DNA of 32,000 nucleotides, taken from assembly GCA_963675515.1 (NCBI GenBank), contig OY776328.1, forward strand, positions 780,001-812,000. Direction: 5' to 3'. A model generated the notes under the pieces. The model searched no databases. It saw nothing but the letters and a program-made list of their open reading frames with translations, and was not told the DNA's origin. Position 1 is the stretch's first letter. Each line of letters opens with the position of its first letter. The position numbers and the translations under genes were made by a program. The DNA comes from Coprobacillaceae bacterium (GTDB lineage Bacteria; Bacillota_I; Bacilli_A; Erysipelotrichales; Coprobacillaceae). This document shows positions 15,089 through 24,865 of this stretch, piece by piece.

Positions 15089-15817
15089 ATGAAAATAATA
15101 AAAGTAGCCAACTATGACGAAGCCAGTGCCAAGGCTTTCGAGATTTTCAAGAACCAAATAACAACCAAACCGGATTCAACCTTGGGGTTGGCGACCGGAT
15201 CGACACCGCTAAGACTGTACGAACTTCTGATCGACGATCACAAGACAAACAAGACCAGTTACAAGGACATCAAGTCGTTCAACCTTGACGAGTATGTCGG
15301 GCTCGATAGCGGCCATGAACAATCATACGAATATTTCATGAATAAAAACCTGTTCAGCCATATCGACATCAATCCTGAAAACACCCATATCCCCTCTGGA
15401 ATCGGGGACATCGAAAAGAACATCTCCGACTACAACGAGATGCTCAAAAACAATCCGATTGACTTGCAGCTCCTTGGCATCGGATCGAACGGCCATATCG
15501 GCTTCAATGAACCTGGAACGCCAAAGGACAGCGTGACCAGTCTGGTCGATTTGAAGCAGTCGACAATCGACGACAATGCCCGGCTGTTTTTCGGCGGGGA
15601 TGTGACCAAGGTGCCTAAACAGGCAATATCGATGGGGATCGCCAACATATTGGCGGCCAAGAAAATCGTACTGATCGCCTGTGGTAAAAACAAGGCAGAT
15701 GCCATCAAGACCCTGATCGAGGGTGAGGAATCGACTGACTGTCCGGCAAGTTTCCTGCAGTCGCATCCGGATGTGACTGTTATAATTGACCAGGATGCTT
15801 CAAGCGCCCTGAAATAA
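15089..15817 (+). CDS. nagB: glucosamine-6-phosphate deaminase
   Basis: GLATGSTP, LDEYVG and GIGSNGHIGFNEPG motifs. ATG 15089 has a GGAGG 8 nt upstream, so the track's GTG at 15074 is unlikely. Confidence 0.9.
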   Translation: MKIIKVANYDEASAKAFEIFKNQITTKPDSTLGLATGSTPLRLYELLIDDHKTNKTSYKDIKSFNLDEYVGLDSGHEQSYEYFMNKNLFSHIDINPENTHIPSGIGDIEKNISDYNEMLKNNPIDLQLLGIGSNGHIGFNEPGTPKDSVTSLVDLKQSTIDDNARLFFGGDVTKVPKQAISMGIANILAAKKIVLIACGKNKADAIKTLIEGEESTDCPASFLQSHPDVTVIIDQDASSALK

Positions 15818-15821
15818 AAGC

Positions 15822-15849
15822 AAGTTATCCTTTATGGGATAACTTTTTT
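15822..15849 (+). terminator. intrinsic terminator after nagB
   Basis: AAGTTATCC, 6-nt loop, GGATAACTT, followed by T6. Confidence 0.75.
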
Positions 15850-15891
15850 GTTGTATAATTTTTGTAACTAAACATAGAAGGCGGTGACTGG

Positions 15892-17124
15892 GTGGAAGAT
15901 TTCTCTAAAGTGGCAATTGCCATAGGCAATCCCAAATATGATCAGGCAATCAAACGGCAGGTTGTTCTCTATTCGCGCGAAAATGATCTGCGCAGCGAAT
16001 TTTACCGGGACTACACCCGTATCCTTTTCTCTCAGGCATATCGGCGCCTGAAACACAAGACCCAGGTTTTTTTTGCAATCAAGAATGACCACGTCTGCAC
16101 CCGGCTGGAGCATGTCAATCTGGTAAGCTCAATATCATATACAATTGCCAAACAGCTCAAATTGAATACTGAACTGACTCAGGCCATTGCCCTGGGACAT
16201 GATCTTGGTCATGCTCCATACGGTCATCGGGGCGAAAAAATACTCGAGCAACTGGCGAAGAAAAACGGACTGGAGGGCTTTTTCCATGAAAAGAATTCAC
16301 TCAACTTCGTCGATAACATCGAGACTCTAGAAGACAACGACTATTTTCGTCACAATCTCAATCTCACCTATGCCATCCGCGATGGGATAATCTGCCATTG
16401 CGGCGAACTCAACCAGATAAGCATAAGACCAAGAGACGAGATTATCAATCTTGATGATTACACCTATCCAGGCGAATACCAGCCCTACACCTATGAGGGG
16501 TGTGTGGTGAAAATGGCTGACAAGATCTCATATCTCGCCCGGGACATCGAGGATGCCTTGCGTCTGAATATCCTGGACAGAATAAGCCTGGAAACATTCA
16601 AAGACCAGGTCAACAAGGAAAATCCCGCCTGGGATTTCGCAGCCATCAACAATGGCACGATCGTCAATTATTTCATCAGCGATGTCGTCGCCAACTCAAC
16701 CATCGCCAAGGGCATTTCCCTTTCCGAAGATGGTCACATGCTGATGAAAAAACTGATTGCTTTCAACTATGAGATGATTTATCGCAATGTCAGGCTTGAT
16801 GTCTACAACCGCCATGTCGAAAACATCATCACATCCATTTTTGAGCTCCTTGAAGGACTCTACCTTCAAAGCGGCAATCAAGACAGGCCGTTTGTAAAAG
16901 TCCTGCAGGACAATTCGAAACGCTATCCCAACCTGATTGACAGCTTCTTGAAGTATGTTTTGAAATATTCCAATTACCGCACCCAGGATTATTACATGAA
17001 CAGGATAATCTATGATTTTGTCAATGATCCCCAGGCCATTTATCGCTGTTTGATAGACTATCTGTCTGGCATGAGCGACAACTACCTCCAGATCGTGTTT
17101 GAGGAAATCCTATCATTTAACTAA
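15892..17124 (+). CDS. HD-domain dNTP triphosphohydrolase-like protein (dGTPase family)
   Basis: RLEHVNLV...[13 protein letters not shown] motifs and [25 protein letters not shown]-terminal block. GTG start. Confidence 0.75.
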   Translation: MEDFSKVAIAIGNPKYDQAIKRQVVLYSRENDLRSEFYRDYTRILFSQAYRRLKHKTQVFFAIKNDHVCTRLEHVNLVSSISYTIAKQLKLNTELTQAIALGHDLGHAPYGHRGEKILEQLAKKNGLEGFFHEKNSLNFVDNIETLEDNDYFRHNLNLTYAIRDGIICHCGELNQISIRPRDEIINLDDYTYPGEYQPYTYEGCVVKMADKISYLARDIEDALRLNILDRISLETFKDQVNKENPAWDFAAINNGTIVNYFISDVVANSTIAKGISLSEDGHMLMKKLIAFNYEMIYRNVRLDVYNRHVENIITSIFELLEGLYLQSGNQDRPFVKVLQDNSKRYPNLIDSFLKYVLKYSNYRTQDYYMNRIIYDFVNDPQAIYRCLIDYLSGMSDNYLQIVFEEILSFN

Positions 17125-17135
17125 GGAGAAATACA

Positions 17136-18077
17136 ATGCCTATATTAATCCCAGACAATCTGCCAGCGAGCAGCGTCTTAAAAAAAGAGAATGTGTTCGT
17201 AATGAACGATGCCCGGGCCTTGCTCCAGGACATCCGCCCGCTGAAAATTCTGATATTGAATATCATGCCCCAGAAGATCATAACCGAGACCCAGCTGCTG
17301 CGGCTTATTTCCAATTCGCCGTTGCAAATCGAGATCGACCTGATCGCGCCGGCAAGCCACGAATCCAAAAACACGCCCAAGGAACATCTCCTCGACTTCT
17401 ACGAGACTTTCGATGAGATCAAGCAGAATTATTATGACGGGCTGATCGTCACGGGAGCACCGGTCGAACTTATGAATTTCGAGGATGTCGATTATTGGGA
17501 AGAACTCAAGGAAATCATGGAATGGTCGAAAACCCATGTGTTCTCATCGATGTACATCTGTTGGGGAGCTCAGGCGGGACTGTATTATTTCCACGGCGTC
17601 GAGAAGGTAAAGCTGCCAAAGAAGATGACCGGTGTTTTCGAGCATGCAATCAACAAGGAAAAAAGCTACCGTCGTCTGGTCCGCGGTTTCGACTCGGAAT
17701 TCTATGCGCCCCATTCACGCTATACCGCATCTTCAATCGACCAGATCCGTTCCTGTGACGAGGTCGACATACTGGCGGAATCAAAAGAAGCCGGAGCTTA
17801 TCTGATTGCTGAAAAAGACGGATCGAGAGTGTACGTAACCGGCCATCCCGAGTATGACAAGTACATGCTTGACAATGAATACCGCCGGGATCTCGTCAAA
17901 ATGGAAGATAAGGCGCCACTGCCCAAGCACTACTATCGCAATGACGATTACAATGAAGATGTTATGGAACGCTGGAAATCCCATGCCTATCTTTTGTTCT
18001 CAAACTGGCTCAATATAGTCTATCAGGACACTCCTTTCAATATCGAGGATCTCGAAGAATTGCGAAAACCAAAATAG
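17136..18077 (+). CDS. metA: homoserine O-acyltransferase
   Basis: MPI.IP..LPA N-terminus, [18 protein letters not shown] catalytic Cys region. AAGGAG Shine-Dalgarno, 11 nt after the upstream stop. Confidence 0.9.
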   Translation: MPILIPDNLPASSVLKKENVFVMNDARALLQDIRPLKILILNIMPQKIITETQLLRLISNSPLQIEIDLIAPASHESKNTPKEHLLDFYETFDEIKQNYYDGLIVTGAPVELMNFEDVDYWEELKEIMEWSKTHVFSSMYICWGAQAGLYYFHGVEKVKLPKKMTGVFEHAINKEKSYRRLVRGFDSEFYAPHSRYTASSIDQIRSCDEVDILAESKEAGAYLIAEKDGSRVYVTGHPEYDKYMLDNEYRRDLVKMEDKAPLPKHYYRNDDYNEDVMERWKSHAYLLFSNWLNIVYQDTPFNIEDLEELRKPK

Positions 18078-18147
18078 GGCCGATGCTCTATTTTTTGCAT
18101 AATCCAAGGGGATATTTTTTTAAAGAAATAATTGATGAGGTAAGAAT

Positions 18148-18693
18148 ATGAATAGAAGAAAAATCATAATCGCAGTTATGACATTTGCTGCTGTTGTTAT
18201 TTGCGTTATCCGGATTGGCATCGTTCCTGCCAATCAAAGCAAACAAGCCAAGTACGGACAGACTCAGACTGATTCGCTTACTCACGATATTGCTGTGATC
18301 CGGGATTTACATGTCACTTACGTTGGGGATATAAGTAATGTCATCCAATTGTTTAACATGCTGCCCCTCAACAATATTCCAATGATGTTTCAAATTGATC
18401 CTGATAATTGTGCTCTGACCGTAAATTATCTGGATACTGTTTGGAACGTTGGCGAAGAAAAGGTCGAGCGGGACCTGATATATAATTCAGTTGCGGCAAT
18501 GGCGGTGATTGATAATCTGACTGCGATTAGCTATGAGTTTTCCGGCGCTGCCTATTCGTTTGAGCGTAAGGAAATGGAAAATGTTTTCAGTAGTCCTCTT
18601 TGCAATATGCTAAAAGAAGACGATTGGAATGAAATGGTTCAGGCCAAATTGTATTCTTCCGACTTTGTGGAGCAGTTTTTCAAAAATATCTGA
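18148..18693 (+). CDS. membrane-anchored DUF4825-like protein
   Basis: N-terminal TM helix. The YVGDISNVIQLFNMLPL...LTVNY pattern resembles DUF4825 (from memory). Confidence 0.55.
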   Translation: MNRRKIIIAVMTFAAVVICVIRIGIVPANQSKQAKYGQTQTDSLTHDIAVIRDLHVTYVGDISNVIQLFNMLPLNNIPMMFQIDPDNCALTVNYLDTVWNVGEEKVERDLIYNSVAAMAVIDNLTAISYEFSGAAYSFERKEMENVFSSPLCNMLKEDDWNEMVQAKLYSSDFVEQFFKNI

Positions 18694-18767
18694 CAGCTTA
18701 CAGGTATAACGAAGCAAAGATATCCGATGTGGTTTTGACACTACCAAATAATCATTCAGGGGGCCAT

Positions 18768-19595
18768 ATGAAAATAATCCAGTATCAAAGTGAAGTGGTG
18801 ACATCAAAGGAAGAAAATCTGAAACAACTTGCGGACTTTTTGGAGAATGTAAAAGGAGAGCAGGCCGATCTGGTGATGGCTGGGGAAATGTTTGCCTGTC
18901 CTTACGATATCGAAAATTTCAAAAAATACAGCGAACCCCAGGGCGGACCAAGTTTCGAATATCTCGCCAATCTGGCCAAAAAGAACCGGATCTACCTTGT
19001 TGCCGGCACAGTTCCCGAGATCGACGAACAGGGCGATGTCTACAACACATCCTATGTGTTCGACCGGCAAGGAAATCTGGCAGCCAAACATCGCAAAGTC
19101 CATCTGTTCGACATCGATATCGAAGGGGGCCAGCGTTTCAAGGAATCGGCAGTGTTGAGCGCAGGTGATCAGGTTACGGTATTCGACAGCGAATTTGGCA
19201 AGATCGGCCTGTGCATCTGCTTTGATGTCCGTTTCGTTGAGATGTTCCGGATCATGACTGATCTGGGAGCCAGAGTAATTCTTATTCCGGCCGCGTTCAA
19301 CACGACCACCGGACCGATCCACTGGGAGCTGCTCATGAAAGCTAGGGCTGTCGACAACCAATGCTTTGTGGTTGCCACTTCGCCCGCCAGAAGCGAAGGT
19401 GCTCATTATCAGACCTGGGGCCACAGCCTGGTTGTCAATCCCTGGGGCAAGATCAACGGCGAACTTGATGAGTTGCCCGGATATCTCTTAAGCAATATCG
19501 ATTTTGATGAGGTAAAGGCAGTAAGGGAACAGATCCCGGTTGTCACCAATCTTAGGAGTGACTTGTATGAGGTTGTTCACAAGCCGAGGCGATAA
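18768..19595 (+). CDS. carbon-nitrogen hydrolase (nitrilase superfamily, omega-amidase-like)
   Basis: Glu-Lys-Cys triad contexts AGEMF, HRKVHLF and GLCICFD. ATG 18768 is preceded by CAGGGGG. Confidence 0.85.
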   Translation: MKIIQYQSEVVTSKEENLKQLADFLENVKGEQADLVMAGEMFACPYDIENFKKYSEPQGGPSFEYLANLAKKNRIYLVAGTVPEIDEQGDVYNTSYVFDRQGNLAAKHRKVHLFDIDIEGGQRFKESAVLSAGDQVTVFDSEFGKIGLCICFDVRFVEMFRIMTDLGARVILIPAAFNTTTGPIHWELLMKARAVDNQCFVVATSPARSEGAHYQTWGHSLVVNPWGKINGELDELPGYLLSNIDFDEVKAVREQIPVVTNLRSDLYEVVHKPRR

Positions 19596-19600
19596 CGTTC

Positions 19601-19629
19601 TTGACTTTGGAAAATATCTAAACTATACT
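19601..19629 (+). promoter_or_regulatory. folC promoter
   Basis: TTGACT, 17 nt spacer, TATACT. Confidence 0.6.
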
Positions 19630-19682
19630 CTTGTAAAACAAAAATTGATTAATATTTTGAAAGTACACAGTGAGGTAAATAA

Positions 19683-20969
19683 ATGGACTATCAACAAGCC
19701 CTGGACATATTAAATTCAACAGCATCCAATTCGTTAAATCTGGGACTTGAACGGCTGATCAGGCTCCTGGAAAAGATGGGCAACCCCCAGGATAAGCTCA
19801 AATTTATCCATGTCGCGGGAACAAACGGAAAAGGGTCGATTGTCAAGATGTTGAGCAATATTCTGACATACAGTGGCTACAGGGCCGGCCTCTACATCAG
19901 CCCTTTTGTGCTGGATTTTCGCGAACAGTTCCAGATCGACGGAGCGATGATCGAACCTGAGGAATTTGCCTCATGCGCCAGCTTTGTCTTTGGCTTAATC
20001 GATTTTGACGATGCCAACCGCCCGACCCAATATGAAATCCAGACAGCCATCGCCTTCGAGTGGTTCCATCGCCGGGGCTGTGACCTGGTCTGTCTCGAGG
20101 TGGGGCTTGGCGGTCAGGATGATGCGACCAATGTCATCCAGACCGCCATCTTGCACATAATCGCTTCAATCAGTTTGGATCATCAGGACATTCTGGGCCA
20201 TACCATCTACGAGATAGCTGTTAAAAAAGCGGGGATCATCAAATCCGGTCCGACTGTCCTTTATCCCCTGCAAGAAAAAATGGCCATCGATGTCATCACC
20301 AAGAAATGCACCAGTGAGAAAAACGAACTGGTTATTCCCGATCCAACCAAACTCGTTATAGAAGACAAAGACGGGTTTGGCAATGATTTTGTCTATGATG
20401 GCGATAATTATCACACATCGCTCAATGGCAAGGTCCAAATCTACAACAGTCTTACCGTTATTGAAGCAGCCAAAAAGCTAAGCGAGCTGGGGTATATGAT
20501 AACGCCCGAAAACATAAAAAAAGGGATTGCCAATACCTGGTTCCCGGCCCGGATGGAAGTGATCTCCCAAAAGCCTCTGGTAATTCTTGATGGATCACAT
20601 AACCCGGCGGGAGCCAAGGCGCTTTCTGAGTTCCTGGCCGGCTTCAAGGGCCGCAAGATCACCTTGGTAATGGGCGTGTTGAAAGACAAGGACTATCATG
20701 AAATCCTTGAATTGCTATGTCCCTTGGCAGGACGGCTGTTTGCGGTGGCTCCGGCCAACTTTAGGGCTTTGCCGGCAGTCGAATTGGCGCTGGTGGCCCA
20801 AAATTATTGTGACAAGGTATACTCCTTTGAAGATGTCGAAAGGGCGGCTGCCACAGCTTTGCAAGTCAAAGATGACGAAGTTGTAGTCGTTTGCGGTTCG
20901 TTGTATCTTGCCATGGATTCAAGAGAAATTCTTCTGAAGCTTATTGCCAAAGGGAGTGGCCCAGAATGA
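19683..20969 (+). CDS. folC: folylpolyglutamate synthase / dihydrofolate synthase
   Basis: HVAGTNGKGS P-loop and Mur-ligase-like organisation. Confidence 0.9.
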   Translation: MDYQQALDILNSTASNSLNLGLERLIRLLEKMGNPQDKLKFIHVAGTNGKGSIVKMLSNILTYSGYRAGLYISPFVLDFREQFQIDGAMIEPEEFASCASFVFGLIDFDDANRPTQYEIQTAIAFEWFHRRGCDLVCLEVGLGGQDDATNVIQTAILHIIASISLDHQDILGHTIYEIAVKKAGIIKSGPTVLYPLQEKMAIDVITKKCTSEKNELVIPDPTKLVIEDKDGFGNDFVYDGDNYHTSLNGKVQIYNSLTVIEAAKKLSELGYMITPENIKKGIANTWFPARMEVISQKPLVILDGSHNPAGAKALSEFLAGFKGRKITLVMGVLKDKDYHEILELLCPLAGRLFAVAPANFRALPAVELALVAQNYCDKVYSFEDVERAAATALQVKDDEVVVVCGSLYLAMDSREILLKLIAKGSGPE

Positions 20970-20987
20970 TTTGATTTTGCTCAATCG

Positions 20988-21013
20988 GTCCAAAGTGCCG
21001 TTGGGCTTTTTTT
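20988..21013 (+). terminator. weak intrinsic terminator after folC
   Basis: 6-bp stem GTCCAA/TTGGGC (one GU pair) with a 7-nt loop, then T7. Confidence 0.4.
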
Positions 21014-21126
21014 GACAAACCCCTCCGGATACGCGGACAAGGAAATAAATGGACTATTCTTGGTTAAAGGTGTAAAATGTACTTAAGAATTCATAATGCC
21101 GGATTGAAATATTGTGAGGTGGTCCG

Positions 21127-21522
21127 ATGAGTCCTAAATATTGTGAAATCACCATACGGATTTCCGATGCAAGAAAGTTGCTTGGGCTTGGCGGAATATC
21201 TCAAATAAACTCTCGTCTTGAACAATTGGGTTTTTCCCTTGAAGGTCCGATATGGTGTCTTTACCATGATTACCTAATTTCCCAGATCACCCAGGCTGGA
21301 GACGGTCGCCTTGTGGTTCTTGGAGATATCCGCGTTGTCAGCGCTATTGAGGAATTTGTGAAGTCGATATCCACGATGCTGTTTTATCACGAACTGACAA
21401 TCTGGTTCATGATGAAAGATGGATCAACCAGCCAGTATCTGACTTTTTTCAATGATCGCAACTCTGATAAAATAACAAAAACTCAAAGTATCAAAGGATA
21501 CGAATTTGGCGATTATAAATGA
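21127..21522 (+). CDS. hypothetical protein (131 aa)
   Basis: GAGGTGG Shine-Dalgarno. No recognised family. The N-terminal ISDARKLLGLGGISQINSRLEQLG stretch could be a helix-turn-helix. Confidence 0.55.
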   Translation: MSPKYCEITIRISDARKLLGLGGISQINSRLEQLGFSLEGPIWCLYHDYLISQITQAGDGRLVVLGDIRVVSAIEEFVKSISTMLFYHELTIWFMMKDGSTSQYLTFFNDRNSDKITKTQSIKGYEFGDYK

Positions 21523-21589
21523 GCTTGATATGCAACCTCGAGCGAGGGTTGACTTGTCTTAAAAGAACTTTTTGTCATGGAGGTATACC

Positions 21590-21835
21590 ATGCTGTTTTT
21601 ATACATTGTTTTGACTTGTGCTGTAATTGTCGTAAATATCGTGAAGATATTGGTTTATCGAAGGGACAAACTGTTTTTCGTGCTGGATGATTCCAGGTGG
21701 AAATGGCTGATCCTGTTTTTTACAATAATTGTGTTCTGGTTTGTATTTGTAAGTGAAGAATACAAGTATCTGTTGTATTGGCTGGCGGTTATCGAAATCG
21801 GTGACTTTGCCTTATACATGTTAAAAAACGACTGA
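21590..21835 (+). CDS. small membrane protein (81 aa, 2-3 TM helices)
   Basis: ATG 21590 lies 6 nt after a GGAGG, which is preferred to the track's TTG at 21572. Hydrophobic segments LFLYIVLTCAVIVVNIV and WLILFFTIIVFWFVFV. Confidence 0.55.
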   Translation: MLFLYIVLTCAVIVVNIVKILVYRRDKLFFVLDDSRWKWLILFFTIIVFWFVFVSEEYKYLLYWLAVIEIGDFALYMLKND

Positions 21836-21883
21836 TAGTCTTATTGGCCCGCACGGGTTGGGCCAATGAAAGGATGAAAATTC

Positions 21884-22180
21884 ATGAAACTTTTCATTGA
21901 TGACCAAAGAGAAGTGCCTCCGGGTTTCACTGTTGCCAGAACATACTCACAGGCGTTGATACTTCTGGACAACATGAAGTTCAGTTTCATCAGCATAGAT
22001 TACGATTTGGGCGAAGGAAAAACGCATACCGGACTCGATATTGTAGATTACATGATCCTGAATAATATATATGCGCCCCATATCAACGTCCATTCGACCC
22101 ATGAAAACAGCTGGATGATGGTCAAAAGATTGAAGGATGCCCATTTGGTAGATATCTTGATTACGAAAAACTCCATTTGA
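21884..22180 (+). CDS. stand-alone receiver-fold protein resembling the cyclic-phosphate-processing REC (cREC) domain
   Basis: MKLFIDDQR (acidic pair D6 D7), FISIDYDLGE (D39/D41) and INVHSTH (S71/T72) sit where REC beta1, beta3 and beta4 residues are expected. Family recalled from memory. Confidence 0.5.
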   Translation: MKLFIDDQREVPPGFTVARTYSQALILLDNMKFSFISIDYDLGEGKTHTGLDIVDYMILNNIYAPHINVHSTHENSWMMVKRLKDAHLVDILITKNSI

Positions 22181-22190
22181 TAATTCACCA

Positions 22191-22655
22191 TCAGTTGCTT
22201 CCCCTGCGCAGTTCATCATCCAAAAACAATGCGATAATCACAAATATGAGCCAGACGACAATTATTGCCGGATGGAAAGACACATAGCCATTGGCGGTGT
22301 TAAATCCAGCGGGAGTGTACCAGTTGTAATTCCAGGCCTCGATACTTAGTTTGGCGAACAAGGTTGCCCAACTGTATTCTGCTATATAGAAAAGAGCCAG
22401 GAATATGAAAGGCATTGAATATCCGGGAATCCGCAATTTTTTCAATGCGAACTTTACAGGATAAATGACTAACGGGATTATGCCGTAAACCAGAAACATC
22501 CAGGTGCTAGCGCTCTGGATAGCATTGATATCAAGGTGTCCGCCAAGAAGCTGTTGGATAGTTGTGACGATGACGTCGTAACCCATCCCGAATAATGCGA
22601 ATACGATTATTCTAAGCACCAGGTTTTTTGTGTATCCATCAAGAAAAGTTTTCAT
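22191..22655 (-). CDS. multi-pass membrane protein (possibly DUF1113 / ABC-transporter type IV family)
   Basis: Start at MKTFLDG with a GGAGG 11 nt upstream. The track start at 22721 has no SD. Four to five hydrophobic helices and a WNYNWY motif. Confidence 0.5.
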   Translation of the reverse strand: MKTFLDGYTKNLVLRIIVFALFGMGYDVIVTTIQQLLGGHLDINAIQSASTWMFLVYGIIPLVIYPVKFALKKLRIPGYSMPFIFLALFYIAEYSWATLFAKLSIEAWNYNWYTPAGFNTANGYVSFHPAIIVVWLIFVIIALFLDDELRRGSN

Positions 22656-22831
22656 ATGTTCGATAACCTCCGAATCAGGGATTTTGTTTGTATGTAGTAA
22701 TTTTACACCTTGCACTGGCACATATCAATATGCCTCAAACGCAATACCAGGCAATGCATTAATTCATGACAATGGAATCTCCATCCATTAAAGGGACTTT
22801 TTTTGGCTGCAAGGAAGGGAAGAGACAAATT

Positions 22832-22864
22832 AAAAACTCTCAGGTCTTATTGACTGAGAGTTTT
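22832..22864 (-). terminator. intrinsic terminator after the TauE/SafE gene
   Basis: ACTCTCAG, 10-nt loop, CTGAGAGT. Flanked by an A5 run on the plus strand, which reads as T5 after the hairpin on the minus strand. Confidence 0.7.
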
Positions 22865-22911
22865 CAATTTGCAAATGGAAAATGTATTCAAGATGGATAA
22901 ATGGGAAATGT

Positions 22912-23640
22912 TCACAACAAAACCGAAACCACATTGAGAGCTCCGCTGATACCGATAAATATATAGGTGAGTCTTCTCAACATGTCGCTATTGATCCGGT
23001 GCACAATACGGTTGGCGATAGTAACTCCACCAAGAACTCCCAACATTCCAATAAGGATATATTGAATATGTTCGATGCCTAATATGCCATTGTATATTCT
23101 AAACGCCGTCTGATAAGATCCAACTATCAAAAAGAAACTCTGGATGGTGCCTAGATAATCCTCTTTGGACTTGGATATCGATAGAAAGTAGATCACCATC
23201 AAAGGACCTCCGATGCCAAACAGACCGGCAAAAATGCCCGAAATCACCACAAAGAAAAAGGACAGCAATGGGGTAACCTGGACATTTGTATTCTTTGCAA
23301 AAAACAGGAAGTACACCGACAAAACAACCAGGAACACACCAAGAATCAGTTTCAACAGACCTTGGTCGATATTGGTTGAAAACATAATCGCAACGCTGCT
23401 TGTGAAGCTAAACAACAAAGCTGGCCAGACAATCGCCTTGAATCTGATAAATTTTCGATATCTGTAAACCATAGTGAGGCACAGGACTATGCATATCGCA
23501 CCGGAAAGCGCGGCACCGGTAACTACATTGAAAAGATATGGGAAAACAACCATCATCACTATACCGGCTCCAAACCCGGTAACTCCCTGGATCAATCCGG
23601 CAAGAAAAGCCGGCAGACATATCATTAAGAACAAATCCAT
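22912..23640 (-). CDS. TauE/SafE family anion (sulfite) exporter-type permease
   Basis: 242 aa with about 8 TM helices. Duplicated GxxxGxGGG-like motifs (GVTGFGAGIV, GLFGIGGPLM). Confidence 0.75.
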   Translation of the reverse strand: MDLFLMICLPAFLAGLIQGVTGFGAGIVMMVVFPYLFNVVTGAALSGAICIVLCLTMVYRYRKFIRFKAIVWPALLFSFTSSVAIMFSTNIDQGLLKLILGVFLVVLSVYFLFFAKNTNVQVTPLLSFFFVVISGIFAGLFGIGGPLMVIYFLSISKSKEDYLGTIQSFFLIVGSYQTAFRIYNGILGIEHIQYILIGMLGVLGGVTIANRIVHRINSDMLRRLTYIFIGISGALNVVSVLL

Positions 23641-23720
23641 AACATGGATAGGTTACAATAAATTAGACAAGATTATAAGGACATGATAAAATCTTGTTAA
23701 ATTTGTGGAGGATATTCAAA

Positions 23721-24014
23721 ATGACAAAACGCAGACCTAAACGTACTTACACCGATGAATTCAGAATCAAAATGGTTCAACTTTACAACAATGGGAAACC
23801 CAGAGCGGAAATAATCCGTGAATACGATTTGACAGCTTCAGCGTTCAATAAATGGGTTAAACGCTTCAATGACACGGGTTCGTTTACTGAAGCCGACAAT
23901 CGATCAGATCATGACAAGGCGCTTATCAAGCTCCAAAAAGAAAACGAACGACTGAAGATGGAAAATGATATTTTAAAGCAAGCGGCGCTGATAATGGGAC
24001 GAAAAGACAAGTAA
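23721..24014 (+). CDS. IS3-family transposase OrfA (HTH)
   Basis: MTKRRPKRTYTDEFRIKMVQLY..G and a leucine-zipper-like C-terminus. GGAGG 9 nt upstream. Confidence 0.85.
   Translation: MTKRRPKRTYTDEFRIKMVQLYNNGKPRAEIIREYDLTASAFNKWVKRFNDTGSFTEADNRSDHDKALIKLQKENERLKMENDILKQAALIMGRKDK
23972..23978 (+). promoter_or_regulatory. programmed -1 ribosomal frameshift heptamer
   Basis: T TTA AAG in the orfA frame. The orfB frame (-1) is open from 23969 and reads ...KHKYSISAMCKVLKISR. Confidence 0.55.
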
Positions 24015-24049
24015 TCTTTGCCAATAAACACAAATACTCTATCAGCGCT

Positions 24050-24829
24050 ATGTGCAAAGTCTTGAAAATCTCTCGGGCAACTCTCTACTACAAACCCAAA
24101 GGGCGTAAAGTGGATTCGAAGCTTGAAGATGAAGTAATAAAATCATTCAAAAACAGCAAGAAGAATTATGGAACACGCAAGATAAAAGATGACCTGGATG
24201 ATTTGAACATGGTTGCCAGCAGAAGAAAAATTGCTCAAATCATGGACAAATACGGCTTGATCAGTAAATACACCATCAAGCAAAGACCAAAGCATTATGG
24301 CAAAGTAAATAGTGACGATATTGAAAATCTGATCAATAGAAAATTCCAAGCAGAGCGGCCAATGCAATATTTAACCAGCGACTTGACCTACATCAAGGTG
24401 GCTGGAAAATGGAACTATATTTGTCTGATAATTGATTTGTACAATCGTGAAATCGTTGGTAAATCTAGTGGTCAAAACAAAGACACCAACTTGGTTATTA
24501 AGGCATTAAACGATATAAAAAGTGATTTAAGTGATGTCGAAGTATTTCATTCAGGCCGAGGCTCAGAGTTCAAAAACGAGATGATTGATAGGATATTGGC
24601 ATTGAATGGAATCAAGAGATCGTTGAGTGCAAAAGGTAAACCGATTGATAACGCAGTATCAGAATCAATGTACAAAATACTCAAAACAGAATTCGCATTC
24701 AATCGACAATTCCGCAGTATCGACGAATTGTCATTGGAACTGTATGATTATGTCAACTGGTTCAACAACAAAAGGAAGCATGGGAGCCTTAATTACAAAA
24801 CACCCGTACAATACAGGCTGTCCTTATAA
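24050..24829 (+). CDS. IS3-family transposase OrfB (DDE/integrase core), probably made as an OrfAB fusion
   Basis: LTSDLTY (D1), FHSGRGSEF (expected D2 position reads Gly) and DNAVSES (E). The stop codon lies inside the right inverted repeat. Confidence 0.85.
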   Translation: MCKVLKISRATLYYKPKGRKVDSKLEDEVIKSFKNSKKNYGTRKIKDDLDDLNMVASRRKIAQIMDKYGLISKYTIKQRPKHYGKVNSDDIENLINRKFQAERPMQYLTSDLTYIKVAGKWNYICLIIDLYNREIVGKSSGQNKDTNLVIKALNDIKSDLSDVEVFHSGRGSEFKNEMIDRILALNGIKRSLSAKGKPIDNAVSESMYKILKTEFAFNRQFRSIDELSLELYDYVNWFNNKRKHGSLNYKTPVQYRLSL

Positions 24830-24865
24830 AAATTGTCTAAAAAAGTGTTGACTATCCAAACATTA

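Larger units (their letters stand above)
23645..24858 (+). mobile_element. IS3-family insertion sequence, 1214 bp
   Basis: Imperfect ~39-bp terminal inverted repeats starting TGGATAG...TTAGACAA...TTATAAGGACA (23645 onward, and reverse complement from 24858). TG...CA termini. 4-bp direct repeat AACA at 23641-23644 and 24859-24862. orfA/orfB arrangement. Confidence 0.85.

Noticed and set aside
22656-22721. The N-terminal 22-aa extension of the minus-strand membrane protein (track start 22721)
   Set aside because: No SD precedes that start, whereas the internal ATG at 22655 follows a GGAGG. The extension is hydrophilic and reads like translated 5' UTR.
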